A stretch of 64,000 nucleotides of DNA from an uncultured virus (IMG/VR IMGVR_UViG_3300045257_000098) (IMGVR_UViG_3300045257_000098); one strand, 5' to 3'; positions 10,376-20,991 are shown, counted from the stretch's first letter. Numbers and translations: made by a program. Notes: generated by a model not told the origin, from the sequence alone.

Positions 10376-11068
10376 ATGCCATCCAGCTGGAGCAAGCAAC
10401 CTTCATTCATCACCGCCAAGTTCCTCAATGACGGTACCGGAGACGCCACCATCGGCGGTACATTAACGACCGCTCCATCGGGCATCGGCGGACAACAGGA
10501 CCAGACCCGGCCTGGGGATCGTATCGTCTTTGGACCAGCCGATGCTCTAGCGGCCTCCAACAACTCCGTGGGCAACCTCTACGGAGGCCTGTACCAGTAC
10601 GTCACCTGCGTCAATAACTCAACGGCGACGGCGCTCAGGGGCCATGGCGTGTTCACCCTCCAGGTTGGCCTGTCGACGCAAGCCACGGATAACCTATACG
10701 TGGTGACTCCGGACGAGCCAGCCAACGTGAGCGTGTCCCTGTTTGTGGGAGTCGTGCTGAACAACAACATCGCCAAGGGCAATTCCTGGTGGGTGCAGAC
10801 GGCGGGCAAGGTTGCGGCCAAATTCCGGACGACCCTCTCGGCCAACGCGGCCATCGGCGGCGGAGTCTATCTCGCGGCCGGGGGCAACAACGCCAATGCG
10901 GCCGACGTAGGCGCCTTCGATCAGGGATCGAACAACGCGGCCAACCAGACCTATTTCCAAATCGCCATCGACCAAGCGATTACGCGTTATGTTGGAGTGG
11001 CCGAGCAACTTCCGACCAACAACAACATCACCGTTATCGACATGGACTTCCGCAGGGTGCGCTGGTAG
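10376..11068 (+). CDS. putative capsid decoration/minor capsid protein, Asn-rich
   Basis: Directly after MCP with TAAGGAG RBS; GNSWWVQTAGKV motif; 22 Asn in 230 aa by hand count. Confidence 0.6.
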   Translation: MPSSWSKQPSFITAKFLNDGTGDATIGGTLTTAPSGIGGQQDQTRPGDRIVFGPADALAASNNSVGNLYGGLYQYVTCVNNSTATALRGHGVFTLQVGLSTQATDNLYVVTPDEPANVSVSLFVGVVLNNNIAKGNSWWVQTAGKVAAKFRTTLSANAAIGGGVYLAAGGNNANAADVGAFDQGSNNAANQTYFQIAIDQAITRYVGVAEQLPTNNNITVIDMDFRRVRW

Positions 11069-11080
11069 GAGGAGAGGAAA

Positions 11081-11479
11081 ATGGCAGACGCAAACTTTGA
11101 GACATTGAAGAACGTAGCGAACGAGACCAAGAACACTTTGGCGGGGGCCGCCCGCACCATCAGGGCGCTGATTATCCAGCGGGATGATGCAATAGCCGGG
11201 GCAACTCCCGAAGCGGTCGCGGCGGCCAAGGTTGGACGGACACAGGCGGATGAGACTCTAGGGCTCCAAGCTGACCTGGTCCAGGCGAGGGTGGCCTGCG
11301 AGGCGGCGATGGCCGAGGCTGGCGTTCCATCCAAGGCTGTTCCGGGATCCAAGGTTTCGGCTTCATCGACCGGGTATCCCAAGACCTTATCCAATACCGC
11401 CGGTGCTCACCAGACGGTGCAGAACGCTGCCGAGGAAGCCACGGCCAAGAGCAAGGGATTCGTTTACTTGGTCCCGTAG
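11081..11479 (+). CDS. hypothetical Ala-rich protein
   Basis: GGAG RBS, 132 aa. Confidence 0.55.
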   Translation: MADANFETLKNVANETKNTLAGAARTIRALIIQRDDAIAGATPEAVAAAKVGRTQADETLGLQADLVQARVACEAAMAEAGVPSKAVPGSKVSASSTGYPKTLSNTAGAHQTVQNAAEEATAKSKGFVYLVP

Positions 11480-11853
11480 TAGAATTGGCCCATGCTCACA
11501 TGCCTGTGGGAACTGATGTGGTTTGGGAGAATCACCAGTATTGGAAGTCCTGGGTTGGCTGACATCGAAGGTCCGATCACCTCAAGTGGCTGGCTAGAAA
11601 CGGACTATTTCGAGGGGTGCTATCCATGATCTCACCCGTTGAGTGGGCCATAGCTGAGGAACGTGGCAGGTTAATAGCGGCTGCTAAAATAGCCGAGGAT
11701 CCAGAGGCGCGCAAAAGGGTTGAGGATGCCTACGGGGTGGAATACTGCCGTAATCGGTATCCCGAGGCCTACCAGACCCATCTGGTGGTGGACTGGGCAA
11801 GGAAATCGCTAAAAGTCCTAGCTAAATTAGCGTTTTACGAGTAAGCTATCTCC

Positions 11854-12666
11854 ATGTCGACAGACACCATATCTCAACTAGTTCCGATCCTTAGTCGTGA
11901 GGCGTCATTTATAGAACTCAGCGAAACGGACAGGGCACATAGTCCATCTCAATACCGCGGCCCACGTTTTGGGATAGAGCGTAAGACCATTTTCACCCTT
12001 CGGGTCGACAATTACGCACCCCGTATCCACGAGATCACCTGGCCGCTTCTGGTCCATTACGCCAATAAGATTCAGGCTGATATCCACGTGATCATCCAGC
12101 GGGAGTTCCCCGAATGGCCCGTGGTCTACGAGAAGTTGCAAATCCACCGCCTGTCCAAGGAACTTGGCCCCGGCTGGAACATCTATGTGGACGCTGACAC
12201 GCTCATTCACCCCGACTGCCCCGACTGGACCGACCACATCCCACGAGACCACGTGGCTCATAACGGAAAGGACATGGCTGGCCTCCGGTGGCGCTACGAC
12301 CAATACTTTCGGAGAGATGGACGCCACATCGGCTCGTGTAACTGGTTCGCCGCGGCCACCAACCTGTGCAATGACCTCTGGAGACCACTTGACGACCTTA
12401 CGTTTTCGGAGGCGGTGGACAACATCTTCCCTACAACTGGTGAGCTAACTGGAAATGTGGACCGCGATCATCTCATTGATGACTATACCCTTTCTCGCAA
12501 CATAGCCAAGTTTGGGTTGAAACATATCCAATTGATGGACATTTGCTCGAAAATCGGATTCCCGCAAGGCAACCCGTTTTTTTTCCATCTTTACAACATC
12601 AGCGAGGAAGAGAAGATTGAAAAGATGAAGCAAACCTTGCGGAACTGGAAGGTGACGAGCGTATGA
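11854..12666 (+). CDS. GT-A fold glycosyltransferase (GT8-like)
   Basis: YEKLQI...NIYVDADTLIHPDCPD (DxD motif), YANKIQADIHVI, late FFHLY; TAAGCT-N6-ATG leaderless-type promoter. Confidence 0.75.
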   Translation: MSTDTISQLVPILSREASFIELSETDRAHSPSQYRGPRFGIERKTIFTLRVDNYAPRIHEITWPLLVHYANKIQADIHVIIQREFPEWPVVYEKLQIHRLSKELGPGWNIYVDADTLIHPDCPDWTDHIPRDHVAHNGKDMAGLRWRYDQYFRRDGRHIGSCNWFAAATNLCNDLWRPLDDLTFSEAVDNIFPTTGELTGNVDRDHLIDDYTLSRNIAKFGLKHIQLMDICSKIGFPQGNPFFFHLYNISEEEKIEKMKQTLRNWKVTSV

Positions 12667-12869
12667 CGGAAAAGCTCTGGGTGTTTGCGGCCTTGGTGCT
12701 GTACGTGGTGATCCATTTCGTACCCGATTCGGCGATGGACAAGGATAAGTGGGTCGGATTGTTTATTCTGTCCATGATCACTAGCAGACTCATCCCTGCG
12801 ATGCTCAGTGGCCTAAATAAACTGGCGTGGTTCATTTTCCAGAAGCTGATCGGCCAGGTGACAGTATGA
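12663..12869 (+). CDS. small membrane protein (2 TM)
   Basis: Two hydrophobic stretches; ATGA overlaps on both sides. Confidence 0.55.
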   Translation: MTEKLWVFAALVLYVVIHFVPDSAMDKDKWVGLFILSMITSRLIPAMLSGLNKLAWFIFQKLIGQVTV

Positions 12870-13855
12870 GACCCATATTCGATGCAGACACGATTCAGAT
12901 CGAATTGACTTCTGCATGTCCTTTAAAATGTTCAAATTGCACTCGCATGAGCGGGACGCATGAACATCCATTCTTCATTACCGAATCGGATTTCAGGGCG
13001 GCGATTGATAGCTTAGTGGGATTTGCGACGGGAACCAAGGGTCTAGTCGGATTCATGGGTGGCGATCCGATTTTGCATCCCCAGTTTGTCGAGTTCTGCG
13101 ATTATGCGGTCTCCAAGATCCCTCGTGAAAAGCTTGGCCTGTGGTCCACGTTCCCTAGTGGCAAGAAGTTCTTTGGTTACAGAGAGGCGATTGTCCGTAC
13201 TTTTGGCAACGTGCTCCTCAATGACCACTCTCGGGATGATATATTTCATGCGCCGGTTTTGATGGCCGCTGAAGACCATTTCGATAACGACGAAGAGTTG
13301 TTCGCGGCTACGGAACATTGCTGGGTGCAAGAAAGTTGGTCGCCGTCGATCAACCCCAAGGGGGCATGGTTCTGTGAGGTGGCCGGGGCTCTCAGCGATT
13401 TGTTTAATGGTCCTGAAGGCTGGAAGGTCGAACCGGGCTGGTGGAAGCGTACAACCAAGGATTTCACGTCTCAAAGAGAATGGGCTTGCAGAAAATGTGG
13501 GGCGGCTCTACCCATCGCAAGAATTCGAAACTCACAAGACTCAAGGGATGATGTTTCCAAGAGCAATCTGGAACGCTTGAAGGAAGCCAAATCCCGCAAG
13601 GTTGCGCGCGGCGAATACGTTCTTCATGATGAGTTTAAGTTCGACGTAAAGCTAATGGAACAAGGCACTTACCCAGTGCAATCCTACAAAGATTGGGAAT
13701 ATCGGCAGGGCATCGCCCAGCGCTATGGCATCTGGCTCTCGCTCAACGACCGTGGGTATATGGAGCCGCACCTGATGACCGATGGTTGGCGTCCCAAACC
13801 TAACCTGTACCAGATTATGCAAGCTGAGGCGAAGGAGGCTGTCCATGCCGGATGA
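12866..13855 (+). CDS. radical SAM protein with C-terminal extra Cys (SPASM/twitch-like)
   Basis: IELTSACPLKCSNC (CxxxCxxC), FMGGDPILHP, later CW...FCE...CRKC; start reassigned to ATG 12866. Confidence 0.85.
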   Translation: MRPIFDADTIQIELTSACPLKCSNCTRMSGTHEHPFFITESDFRAAIDSLVGFATGTKGLVGFMGGDPILHPQFVEFCDYAVSKIPREKLGLWSTFPSGKKFFGYREAIVRTFGNVLLNDHSRDDIFHAPVLMAAEDHFDNDEELFAATEHCWVQESWSPSINPKGAWFCEVAGALSDLFNGPEGWKVEPGWWKRTTKDFTSQREWACRKCGAALPIARIRNSQDSRDDVSKSNLERLKEAKSRKVARGEYVLHDEFKFDVKLMEQGTYPVQSYKDWEYRQGIAQRYGIWLSLNDRGYMEPHLMTDGWRPKPNLYQIMQAEAKEAVHAG

Positions 13856-14048
13856 TCAGTTTTGGAGGCCTAAAGTTATCTGCCATATGACCGAACTAGC
13901 GGAGTGGACACCGGAATTGGCGGAACAGATCGCTGGGATAAAGGTGGACGATACTCCGGTGGCTACCTTTTGGTCGATCCCAAAAGAGCACGCGCACAAG
14001 TATCCGTTCAAGCGTTCGGAAACTACCGAGGAGAACGAAAATGCCTGA
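13845..14048 (+). CDS. hypothetical protein
   Basis: AAGGAGG RBS before ATG 13845. Confidence 0.5.
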   Translation: MPDDQFWRPKVICHMTELAEWTPELAEQIAGIKVDDTPVATFWSIPKEHAHKYPFKRSETTEENENA

Positions 14049-14385
14049 TTATCCGTTGCCGAATTACCAGCAGCCCCTGGGGACGCGCAAGATACTCATC
14101 ACCAACCACAACGGGCCAGCGCTCTACGTGGCCGGTGGCGAGACCGTAAACGCCAATACCTTCGGCTGGGGCAGTTTCGATGGCGTGCGCGCTGGCTACA
14201 GCGTCAATGCCAACAACAGCGGCAACTTCTACGCTGTTCCTATATTTCCGGTCGGGCAGGCGGCGAACAACGTCAGCGGGGCGAACTCGGTCAAGCTCAA
14301 GTGGTTCTCGGCCAACGGAACCGAGGCGACGAACAACAACAATCTCGCCTTGGAGTACATCAGGATGGAGTATATCGGCGGTTAA
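14041..14385 (+). CDS. putative virion decoration protein, very Asn-rich; paralog of 29691-30011
   Basis: GAGGAG RBS; KILITNHNGPALYVAGGET motif; 17 Asn in 114 aa. Confidence 0.65.
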   Translation: MPDYPLPNYQQPLGTRKILITNHNGPALYVAGGETVNANTFGWGSFDGVRAGYSVNANNSGNFYAVPIFPVGQAANNVSGANSVKLKWFSANGTEATNNNNLALEYIRMEYIGG

Positions 14386-14420
14386 CGGCCCTGGGTGGGT
14401 CTAGAGTGTGTGTCACGGTT

Positions 14421-14452
14421 GGCGGGTTCCACCCAAGGGACCCGCCGTTTTT
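14421..14452 (+). terminator. intrinsic terminator closing the head module
   Basis: GGCGGGTTCC-ACCCAA-GGGACCCGCC then GTTTTT. Confidence 0.7.
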
Positions 14453-14482
14453 GCATAGGGGGACGATACGGCTTTCGGAAAT

Positions 14483-15448
14483 ATGGTGAACGAACTTCAC
14501 GGTGCGGTCCCCAAGATCCCGTTCCCGTTCTGTAAGACATTGATCAACCGGGCATGGAGAGACCTGCGGCGCCAGAACCTGTGGAGTTTCCTCATGTTTA
14601 CCGGGAGATGGATCACTCCACCGGCTATCACCGGTGGCACAGCGGCCGTCACGCAGGGGTCGGATCAGGTGGTTTTGGACGCCGATGCTACGGCCCTGGT
14701 TGTGTCCGCAGCGAATCAGCCAACGCTGATCACACAGCGCCAGTTCCGCGTTGGTCTTAGCGGCGTGTACAACATCTGGGCATGGGACGGGGCGTCGGTA
14801 CTGACGCTCGATGCGCCTTTCGCTGATCCTACCGCAGCGGCAGCGGCCTACAACATCTTTCAGTGCTACTACGCGGCTCCCTACAAGGATTTCCTGGGAT
14901 GGGGTAGCGTGCGCAACATGGTGATCCCGCTGGAACTCTTCACGGATCGTTACACCCGGGCCGGATTGGATGAGGTGGACCCGCAGCGGATGGTGTACTT
15001 CCCGCCGTCCGATGTGGTGCCGTTCATGCCCGATTTCAACCCGGATTCGGGCACGTTCATGTATCCCATGTTCGAACTCTGGGGCGTCCCGCAGTCGACC
15101 TACACCTATCAACTTTATGGGATGCGGCGCGGAGAGGATCTGGTGAACTCTACCGACGAGCTCCCGCCCCCGATAAGCGAGGATTGCGTGCTGGCGCTGG
15201 CGCGGGTATATGCTTACGAATGGGCCGAGGCCAACAAAGGTGATTCGCCGCGCGATCAAGGACCGGATTTCAGGTTTCTGATCGGCATGGCCTCGGCGGA
15301 TTACAAGCGGCTGTATATGGAGTTGCGCCGACAGGACCGGGATTACATGGACAATTTCTTCCATCGGATGCGACCACAATTCGGTCGGTGGTACGGGTAC
15401 TACAACACGCTAGTTGGGAGGGCTTTTCCGGCATCACCAATCCAATGA
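14483..15448 (+). CDS. putative head-tail adaptor protein
   Basis: KTLINRAWRDL N-terminus, ELWGVPQSTYTY and DELPPPISEDCVLALA resemble podoviral adaptor (tubular-A-like) proteins. Confidence 0.55.
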   Translation: MVNELHGAVPKIPFPFCKTLINRAWRDLRRQNLWSFLMFTGRWITPPAITGGTAAVTQGSDQVVLDADATALVVSAANQPTLITQRQFRVGLSGVYNIWAWDGASVLTLDAPFADPTAAAAAYNIFQCYYAAPYKDFLGWGSVRNMVIPLELFTDRYTRAGLDEVDPQRMVYFPPSDVVPFMPDFNPDSGTFMYPMFELWGVPQSTYTYQLYGMRRGEDLVNSTDELPPPISEDCVLALARVYAYEWAEANKGDSPRDQGPDFRFLIGMASADYKRLYMELRRQDRDYMDNFFHRMRPQFGRWYGYYNTLVGRAFPASPIQ

Positions 15449-15975
15449 TCCACATCCATATGCCACATATTTCGTTACATTTAATCCATTGGGTTTTGGT
15501 GGGGATCGCTTCTGGAGTAGTGACAGCCGCTCTGCTCATCACCCCGGAATCCATCATTAGTTTCGGAACGGTTGGGATGCTGTTCGCAACGCCGATAGCG
15601 GTGATTATCTCGACCGTGATGGCTCGTAGGGATGCGTCTAAAGCGGCATCCGCTGCGGCATTAGTGGCCGAGAAACTTATCGTGGAAACTAAAAGAGTAG
15701 CCGAGACAGCCGAAACTCAGGGCAGGAAGCTCGATCAGATCCACACTTTGGTCAATTCGAATCTCACCGCTGCGATGGAAAGCGAACTTGGAGCACACAA
15801 GGCCGGATTGGTGCTGATGCAGGAGATGGTCGACCTCAAACGATTGAGTGGGAAATCTCCATCGGCCGAATCACTTGAGGCGATCAAAATAACAGGTGCC
15901 AAGGTAGCTGAATTGCGGGCCCAGTTGGATGACCGGATAAAACAAACGGTGGTTGCCAACAAGGAGGCTAAATAA
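15445..15975 (+). CDS. membrane protein with coiled-coil C-terminus
   Basis: Two N-terminal TM segments, IHTLVNSNLT motif; ATGA overlap. Confidence 0.55.
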   Translation: MIHIHMPHISLHLIHWVLVGIASGVVTAALLITPESIISFGTVGMLFATPIAVIISTVMARRDASKAASAAALVAEKLIVETKRVAETAETQGRKLDQIHTLVNSNLTAAMESELGAHKAGLVLMQEMVDLKRLSGKSPSAESLEAIKITGAKVAELRAQLDDRIKQTVVANKEAK

Positions 15976-16136
15976 TGCCATCCGAAAATGTGATGAAGGA
16001 ATGGAAAGCGGGCACTCTGCACAGTGGTAGTAAACATGGTCCAAAGGTGCAGGGACAAAAACAGGCGGTGGCAATCATGTTGAGCGAACGGCGCAAAGAG
16101 GGCAAGCCAGCAGCCCGCAAGAAGGGGAGTAAGTAA
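15975..16136 (+). CDS. small basic protein, DUF6496-like (not in ORF track)
   Basis: AAGGAGG RBS; MPSENVMKEWKAGTLHSGSKHGPKVQGQKQAVAIMLSERRKEGKPAARKKGSK, 53 aa. Confidence 0.7.
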   Translation: MPSENVMKEWKAGTLHSGSKHGPKVQGQKQAVAIMLSERRKEGKPAARKKGSK

Positions 16137-16265
16137 TGGACTGGCTAACGGACTGGATGTTCTCGTTATGGCATCCTCGGGACACCCCAAATTCCTGGTG
16201 GCGCAGGAAGATGGTGGAAACAGGCTACCGGTTGCACGTGTGGTATCACGAAAGGAAGCAAATAA

Positions 16266-16694
16266 ATGCCCAAATCCACCACTTTTGATAACGACCTCTT
16301 GAAAGGGATTTTCCAGGGTACCAACATCGCCAACCTGTTGGACAATGCGGCCAGTCCCATCACTAGCCTCTTCGTGGCCCTACACACCGCTGACCCAAGC
16401 GCCGGGAATCAGAACACCTCCGAGGTGGCGTACACCGGCTACAACCGTGTCGGCGTGTCCCGGAACTCGGCAGGGTGGACCGTGACTGGGGCAAACGTGG
16501 TAAACGCTGGCGCCATCACCTTCCCGGCCTGCACTGGAGGCTCGAATACGGCGGCTTTTGCCTCAGTTGGCAAGAACAACACCGGGGTGGCGGGGGAGAT
16601 TTACTATTCTGGGGCTCTAACGGCTAATCTGGCGATCTCAAACGGGATTACCCCCAGCTTTTCGGCTGGAAATCTCACTGTGACGGAGAGTTAG
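16266..16694 (+). CDS. virion structural protein (tail-fibre associated family)
   Basis: LFVALHTADP...EVAYTGYNRV...ITFPACTGG motif of a common phage structural family; 16 Asn in 142 aa. Confidence 0.65.
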   Translation: MPKSTTFDNDLLKGIFQGTNIANLLDNAASPITSLFVALHTADPSAGNQNTSEVAYTGYNRVGVSRNSAGWTVTGANVVNAGAITFPACTGGSNTAAFASVGKNNTGVAGEIYYSGALTANLAISNGITPSFSAGNLTVTES

Positions 16695-16887
16695 GATGAC
16701 CAGGACTGAAGCCGTTGATTTAGTTCACGACCTATTGAACGACTGGTTGACTAACTTGGATGAAGGTGGCACTACAGATGAGTTAGCAGAGAACATTGTG
16801 AATAAGTTACCACTGGCCCTGGAGCCGTCTATCGTGGAGCTCTCGGCCACCCTCCATGGAGTCGGAAAACTTTCGCACGGGAAATAA

Positions 16888-17967
16888 ATGTTTACTATCC
16901 AAGCGGCAGGAGCACTCGCTGGCGTATCGGCTAACGCCAATACGGTGACATACACCATTGACGGGATGGAGTTGTCGTCTACCACTGGTACCGAGGTTTA
17001 CAAGATCCTGGCACAGGGTAACCTAGCGGCAGCGGCAGCGAATCTCTACACGGCTCCCGCGAATAACACTAGTTTCATTAAGCGCATCTTCCTCGCCAAT
17101 CAGGGTGGCACTCTACAGAGTGGAGTGATTCTCTACCTCTCGGCCACGGGTGCTGCCCCAGCTGTGGGAACGCAGATCACCGGCAATTTCTCGATCCCGG
17201 TAAATGGCTGCGTGATCTACGACGAGAGCGGTTGGACCACCTACGATGCCAATATGCAGGCTTTGGTCACAGGACCGGCAAGCGGCAGGCTTAAGTCCAC
17301 TTCGGTGATTAACCCTGGAACGACTACGTACACGGTTCCGGCAGGCGTAAACGCGATCTTGGTGGAGTGTATCGGTGCCGGTGGTGGCGGAGGCGGTGCT
17401 AACGCCAATGCCACGAATAACTCAGCTTACGCTGGTGGCGGAGGAGCCGGAGGATATGCCAGAAAGTTGATCACTAGTCTGGCAGCAAGTTACACGGTAG
17501 CGGCAGGAAACGGTGGCGCTGGCGGGAACGCAGCCGGATCTAATGGAGCCGGTGGAAGCGCCAACACGACATTTGCTATTCCTGCCGGGGTGACTGTAAC
17601 GGCCAGTTTGGGTGCAGGGGGGGTTGGACAAACAGGAGGAGCAACCATCCTCGCGGCGGCCGGCGGAGCGGGTGGCGCGGCAGCTAATGGCGACATCAAT
17701 ATAACGGGTGGTAACGGAGCTAACGGAGGACGCTATACGACCGTAATCACCACAGGCGTCCCGACCGGAAGATCAGGGGCTGGAGGCAATAGCGTTCCTT
17801 ATGGGCCTGGGGCCCCGGCTGGGTTGGATGGATTGACCGCTGTCGGTCAGGCAGCAACTCTCTACGGTGGTGGTGGCGCAGGCGGGGCGGCAAACGGGAG
17901 CGCGGCGGCCAATGGTGTTGGTGGATCTGGCGCTAACGGGTCAATCTTCGTATGGGAGTTTGCATGA
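16888..17967 (+). CDS. glycine-rich tail fibre-like protein
   Basis: TYTVPAGVNAILVECIGAGGGGGG...GGSGANGSIFVWEF, a typical phage glycine-rich domain. Confidence 0.75.
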   Translation: MFTIQAAGALAGVSANANTVTYTIDGMELSSTTGTEVYKILAQGNLAAAAANLYTAPANNTSFIKRIFLANQGGTLQSGVILYLSATGAAPAVGTQITGNFSIPVNGCVIYDESGWTTYDANMQALVTGPASGRLKSTSVINPGTTTYTVPAGVNAILVECIGAGGGGGGANANATNNSAYAGGGGAGGYARKLITSLAASYTVAAGNGGAGGNAAGSNGAGGSANTTFAIPAGVTVTASLGAGGVGQTGGATILAAAGGAGGAAANGDINITGGNGANGGRYTTVITTGVPTGRSGAGGNSVPYGPGAPAGLDGLTAVGQAATLYGGGGAGGAANGSAAANGVGGSGANGSIFVWEFA

Positions 17968-19175
17968 AAATTTTGTTACTCATTACATTGTGGGCTGGTA
18001 TTTTAGCGGCCCAAACCTGCAATTTAACAGATGACCCGGCGTTGATTCTGGACCAATCCGCAGCCTTACAGGCTTGCATCAACGGGGCCAGAGACTATAG
18101 CACAATCACCTTCGGCTCAACGATGCCGCATGTCCGCGTCAATCAAACCATTCGGATCAACGGCAGATTTAACTTGGCGATCGAATGTCCTGGCGGACAC
18201 GCTATGTCTGCCGGTGCGCCGGGGTTCTACTGGGGTGGCGCCAGCGGTGGGACGCTGCTGAACACCAGCGGCTCGTCGGCGGTGAGAATAGAGCACTGCA
18301 ATCTATTCAGTCAAGACGGATCGAACATCCTGATCGACGCCGATATCTCGTCCACCGTTGGAAGTAACGTCACCACTACCGAGCATCTTTACAACGATCT
18401 CGGCTTGACAGCGTTTGCGGCCAATCCAAACTTTGTGGCTATCCGCTTCAGTGCTTCTGGTGATGCCAACGTGGAAGCTATGCGGGTTACGGGGACGAGG
18501 ATCCAGTGCCAGGGAAACCAAGGGATCGGAATCTATATTGCCGGGTATACTTTTGATGCGATACGCCATCGGTACTCGGACAACCAGATCAATAACTGTT
18601 CGCAGGGGATTCGTGCACTCTATGGACTTCCCACTATTACTAGCAACCATTTTCAGTCCAATCTGATCGACATTACGGCCCTTGCTGGTCCCATCCACAT
18701 CGCAGATAATGACTCCGAAAACGCATCCCAGTTTTTTGTTGGAAGTGCCGGAACGGCGTTGATTGTCGAATCTAATCGAATTGCGGCTTGTCATCCACCT
18801 ACCGGGCAAGGATGTATAAATATCTCCGGGTCGCTAATTTCACGCGGCAACACTTTCAATGCTCTTTCTGGGATGCCGTTCTGGTCCAATTCCAATGGCA
18901 TTGGCTTACTGAGCGAAGGCGACAACTTCTCCGATTATCAACAATTTCTCGTTGGGGCGCATAGCTTTTATCAGTTTGAGGCGCGAATGACAGGCTATGG
19001 GATAGGTACTGTCATAGGTGGTTTTCAAGGAGGAAGTGCCATCGTGTTTTCTTGTAACCATGGACTGGCTGGACAGGCTTCTGCTCCAGGAGTATTTGTG
19101 GTCTGTGCGGATGATTATCTTAATAAGTTGCAGGTATCTGAGGACGGTGGAGCGTTCAAGAATGTGATCCCGTGA
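17964..19175 (+). CDS. signal-peptide-bearing beta-helix (pectate-lyase-like tailspike/depolymerase)
   Basis: MKILLLITLWAGILAA-QT signal; DQSAALQACIN opening; repeated N/I/G beta-helix rungs. Confidence 0.6.
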   Translation: MKILLLITLWAGILAAQTCNLTDDPALILDQSAALQACINGARDYSTITFGSTMPHVRVNQTIRINGRFNLAIECPGGHAMSAGAPGFYWGGASGGTLLNTSGSSAVRIEHCNLFSQDGSNILIDADISSTVGSNVTTTEHLYNDLGLTAFAANPNFVAIRFSASGDANVEAMRVTGTRIQCQGNQGIGIYIAGYTFDAIRHRYSDNQINNCSQGIRALYGLPTITSNHFQSNLIDITALAGPIHIADNDSENASQFFVGSAGTALIVESNRIAACHPPTGQGCINISGSLISRGNTFNALSGMPFWSNSNGIGLLSEGDNFSDYQQFLVGAHSFYQFEARMTGYGIGTVIGGFQGGSAIVFSCNHGLAGQASAPGVFVVCADDYLNKLQVSEDGGAFKNVIP

Positions 19176-19176
19176 T

Positions 19177-20991
19177 ATGGCACTTGCAGCGGCTACAACC
19201 TGGGAAGTCCGCACGGCAGGATCTGATACCAATGGCGGCGGGTTTGTCACAGGTGCCACCGGGACAGACTATTCCCTCCAGGACTCCAAAAACACCGTAG
19301 GCAATAACATCTCAACTACCGACGCCGTGGCCAACGGAACAACTACCATTACTTCGGCCACTGGAGCGTTCACCTCCGCGATTGTCGGAAATATTGTTTA
19401 CTTATCTGGGGGTACTGGGTCGATTGCGGCCCAGTGGCGCCAGGTTACGGGATTCACTAACGCAACCACTATTACCATCGATGCCACGATTGCTGCCTCA
19501 ACCGGTATGACCATGAACATCGGCGGGGCGCTCCTCAGCGTAGGTCAAGCAGCGGCATCGGCCACGGCTGGTAACACGATATATGTAAAGGCTGGGACCT
19601 ACACCATTAGTTCAGCATCGACCAATGTCACTGGGGGATGCGTCAACCTGAACGGCGGCCAGCAGTTTGTTGGATACTCCACCACTAGAACCCTAACCAA
19701 CACTGATACTAAGCCGATCCTGCAATATGGGGTGATCTCGACAGCTACCTTATGGGCGACGGCGCCTAACCTATATAACCTGGCTATGGACGGAACGAAT
19801 CAGACTGCGGCCAGGGCCATGAATGGTGGTAATGCCGTGCGTTGCACCTTTAAGAACTTTAATACGGCAAACACTACGGCGAATTTTTTCTACTGCTACG
19901 CAACTACATGCTCGGCGGCTATGTTTACCCAGATATCCATATTCTGCGAGGCCACCGCCTGCACGGCCACGCCATTTTTACTGACGGGGAGCGAGTTTGC
20001 CTATGGGTGTTTGTCCTATGCGAACACCGGAGCGTCGACGGATGGGTTCTCGTTCGCGGCCGGTGCGTATGCGGCGAATTGCGTGGCATACTCCAATGGC
20101 CGGGATGGGTTCCGCTCAACCAACGGCAACAACCAGGCGATTGTGGCCCTAACCAACTGCATAGCGGAGAGTAACATCGGTGTGGGATTCAATGCCAGCT
20201 CTTCGGGAAGGCTATGGACATTTAATTGTGCCACGTTTGGTAACGGCTCAACCACAGCCGGGACTTTGGTTAGCGTGAGCCAGATTGCCAACTCCACCGG
20301 GACGTTCTTCGTCAATGCGGCAGGTGGAAACTTTGCTCTTAATTCCGTAACCCTTACTGGTTTTTTGGCCAGGGCTGGAGGTTATGTCGGGGCGTTCCCG
20401 GTGGCTCCCACCACCTCTTATTTGGACATTGGAGCGGTTCAGCACCAGGACCCTCCGGTTATCTTTCGTAAGAACAGCGCACTCGCCGGGTTCGGATTTC
20501 CCATGTTTGACACATCCGGAAATCTCAAGACCGGCCTAACGATCACTTCCCAGAGAGTATTGGATGGCGGAGCGATCGCCACCATGGCCAACTCTGTGTC
20601 TGAGATCAGTGCCGGGGCATATAAAATAGACTTGGCGGCAGCGGATGTTAATGCTAATACCGGCAATTTTCTATTCACGGCTCCAGGGGCCGCCAGTGCG
20701 GCGTTCAGCTTCATCACCCAGACATTTACAAAAAACCAAGCGTTGAATGGATTTAGTTTCCCCATGCGTAGTGCCACGACTGGATCCCTGCTTACCGGAT
20801 TGACAGTTACAGCCCAAATGGTACTGGATGGAGGAGCAGTCACCACTATGGCCAACGCCGTCACCGAGGTATCGTTTGGAATATACGCCATTAACCTTGC
20901 GGCGGCGGATGTGAACTGCAACTCCGGCCTGTTCCTATTCACAGCCGCAGGGTGCGTTCCAACCGTCTTCACCTTTGTGACACAGGCTTAA
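19177..20991 (+). CDS. beta-helix virion protein with duplicated ~88-aa C-terminal domain
   Basis: AGNTIYVKAGTY, NCVAYSN rungs, DIGAVQH; two tandem FxKNxALxGFxFPM...FxFxTQ units. Confidence 0.65.
   Translation: MALAAATTWEVRTAGSDTNGGGFVTGATGTDYSLQDSKNTVGNNISTTDAVANGTTTITSATGAFTSAIVGNIVYLSGGTGSIAAQWRQVTGFTNATTITIDATIAASTGMTMNIGGALLSVGQAAASATAGNTIYVKAGTYTISSASTNVTGGCVNLNGGQQFVGYSTTRTLTNTDTKPILQYGVISTATLWATAPNLYNLAMDGTNQTAARAMNGGNAVRCTFKNFNTANTTANFFYCYATTCSAAMFTQISIFCEATACTATPFLLTGSEFAYGCLSYANTGASTDGFSFAAGAYAANCVAYSNGRDGFRSTNGNNQAIVALTNCIAESNIGVGFNASSSGRLWTFNCATFGNGSTTAGTLVSVSQIANSTGTFFVNAAGGNFALNSVTLTGFLARAGGYVGAFPVAPTTSYLDIGAVQHQDPPVIFRKNSALAGFGFPMFDTSGNLKTGLTITSQRVLDGGAIATMANSVSEISAGAYKIDLAAADVNANTGNFLFTAPGAASAAFSFITQTFTKNQALNGFSFPMRSATTGSLLTGLTVTAQMVLDGGAVTTMANAVTEVSFGIYAINLAAADVNCNSGLFLFTAAGCVPTVFTFVTQA

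Noticed and set aside
10358..10378. MCP stop read-through or frameshift into the in-frame 10376 gene
   Set aside because: The genes are in frame, but the stop is TAA within a normal TAAGGAG RBS and no valid -1 slippery heptamer is in frame
12866..13855. QueE / 7-deazaguanine DNA modification pathway
   Set aside because: No queC, queD, folE or dpdA-like genes seen, and the sequence context does not resemble QueE
14360..15379. Long antisense ORFs in the track (this one, 21195-21881, 43364-44035, 53010-53717, 57439-57999)
   Set aside because: Shadows of well-supported genes on the opposite strand, with no independent motifs or RBS
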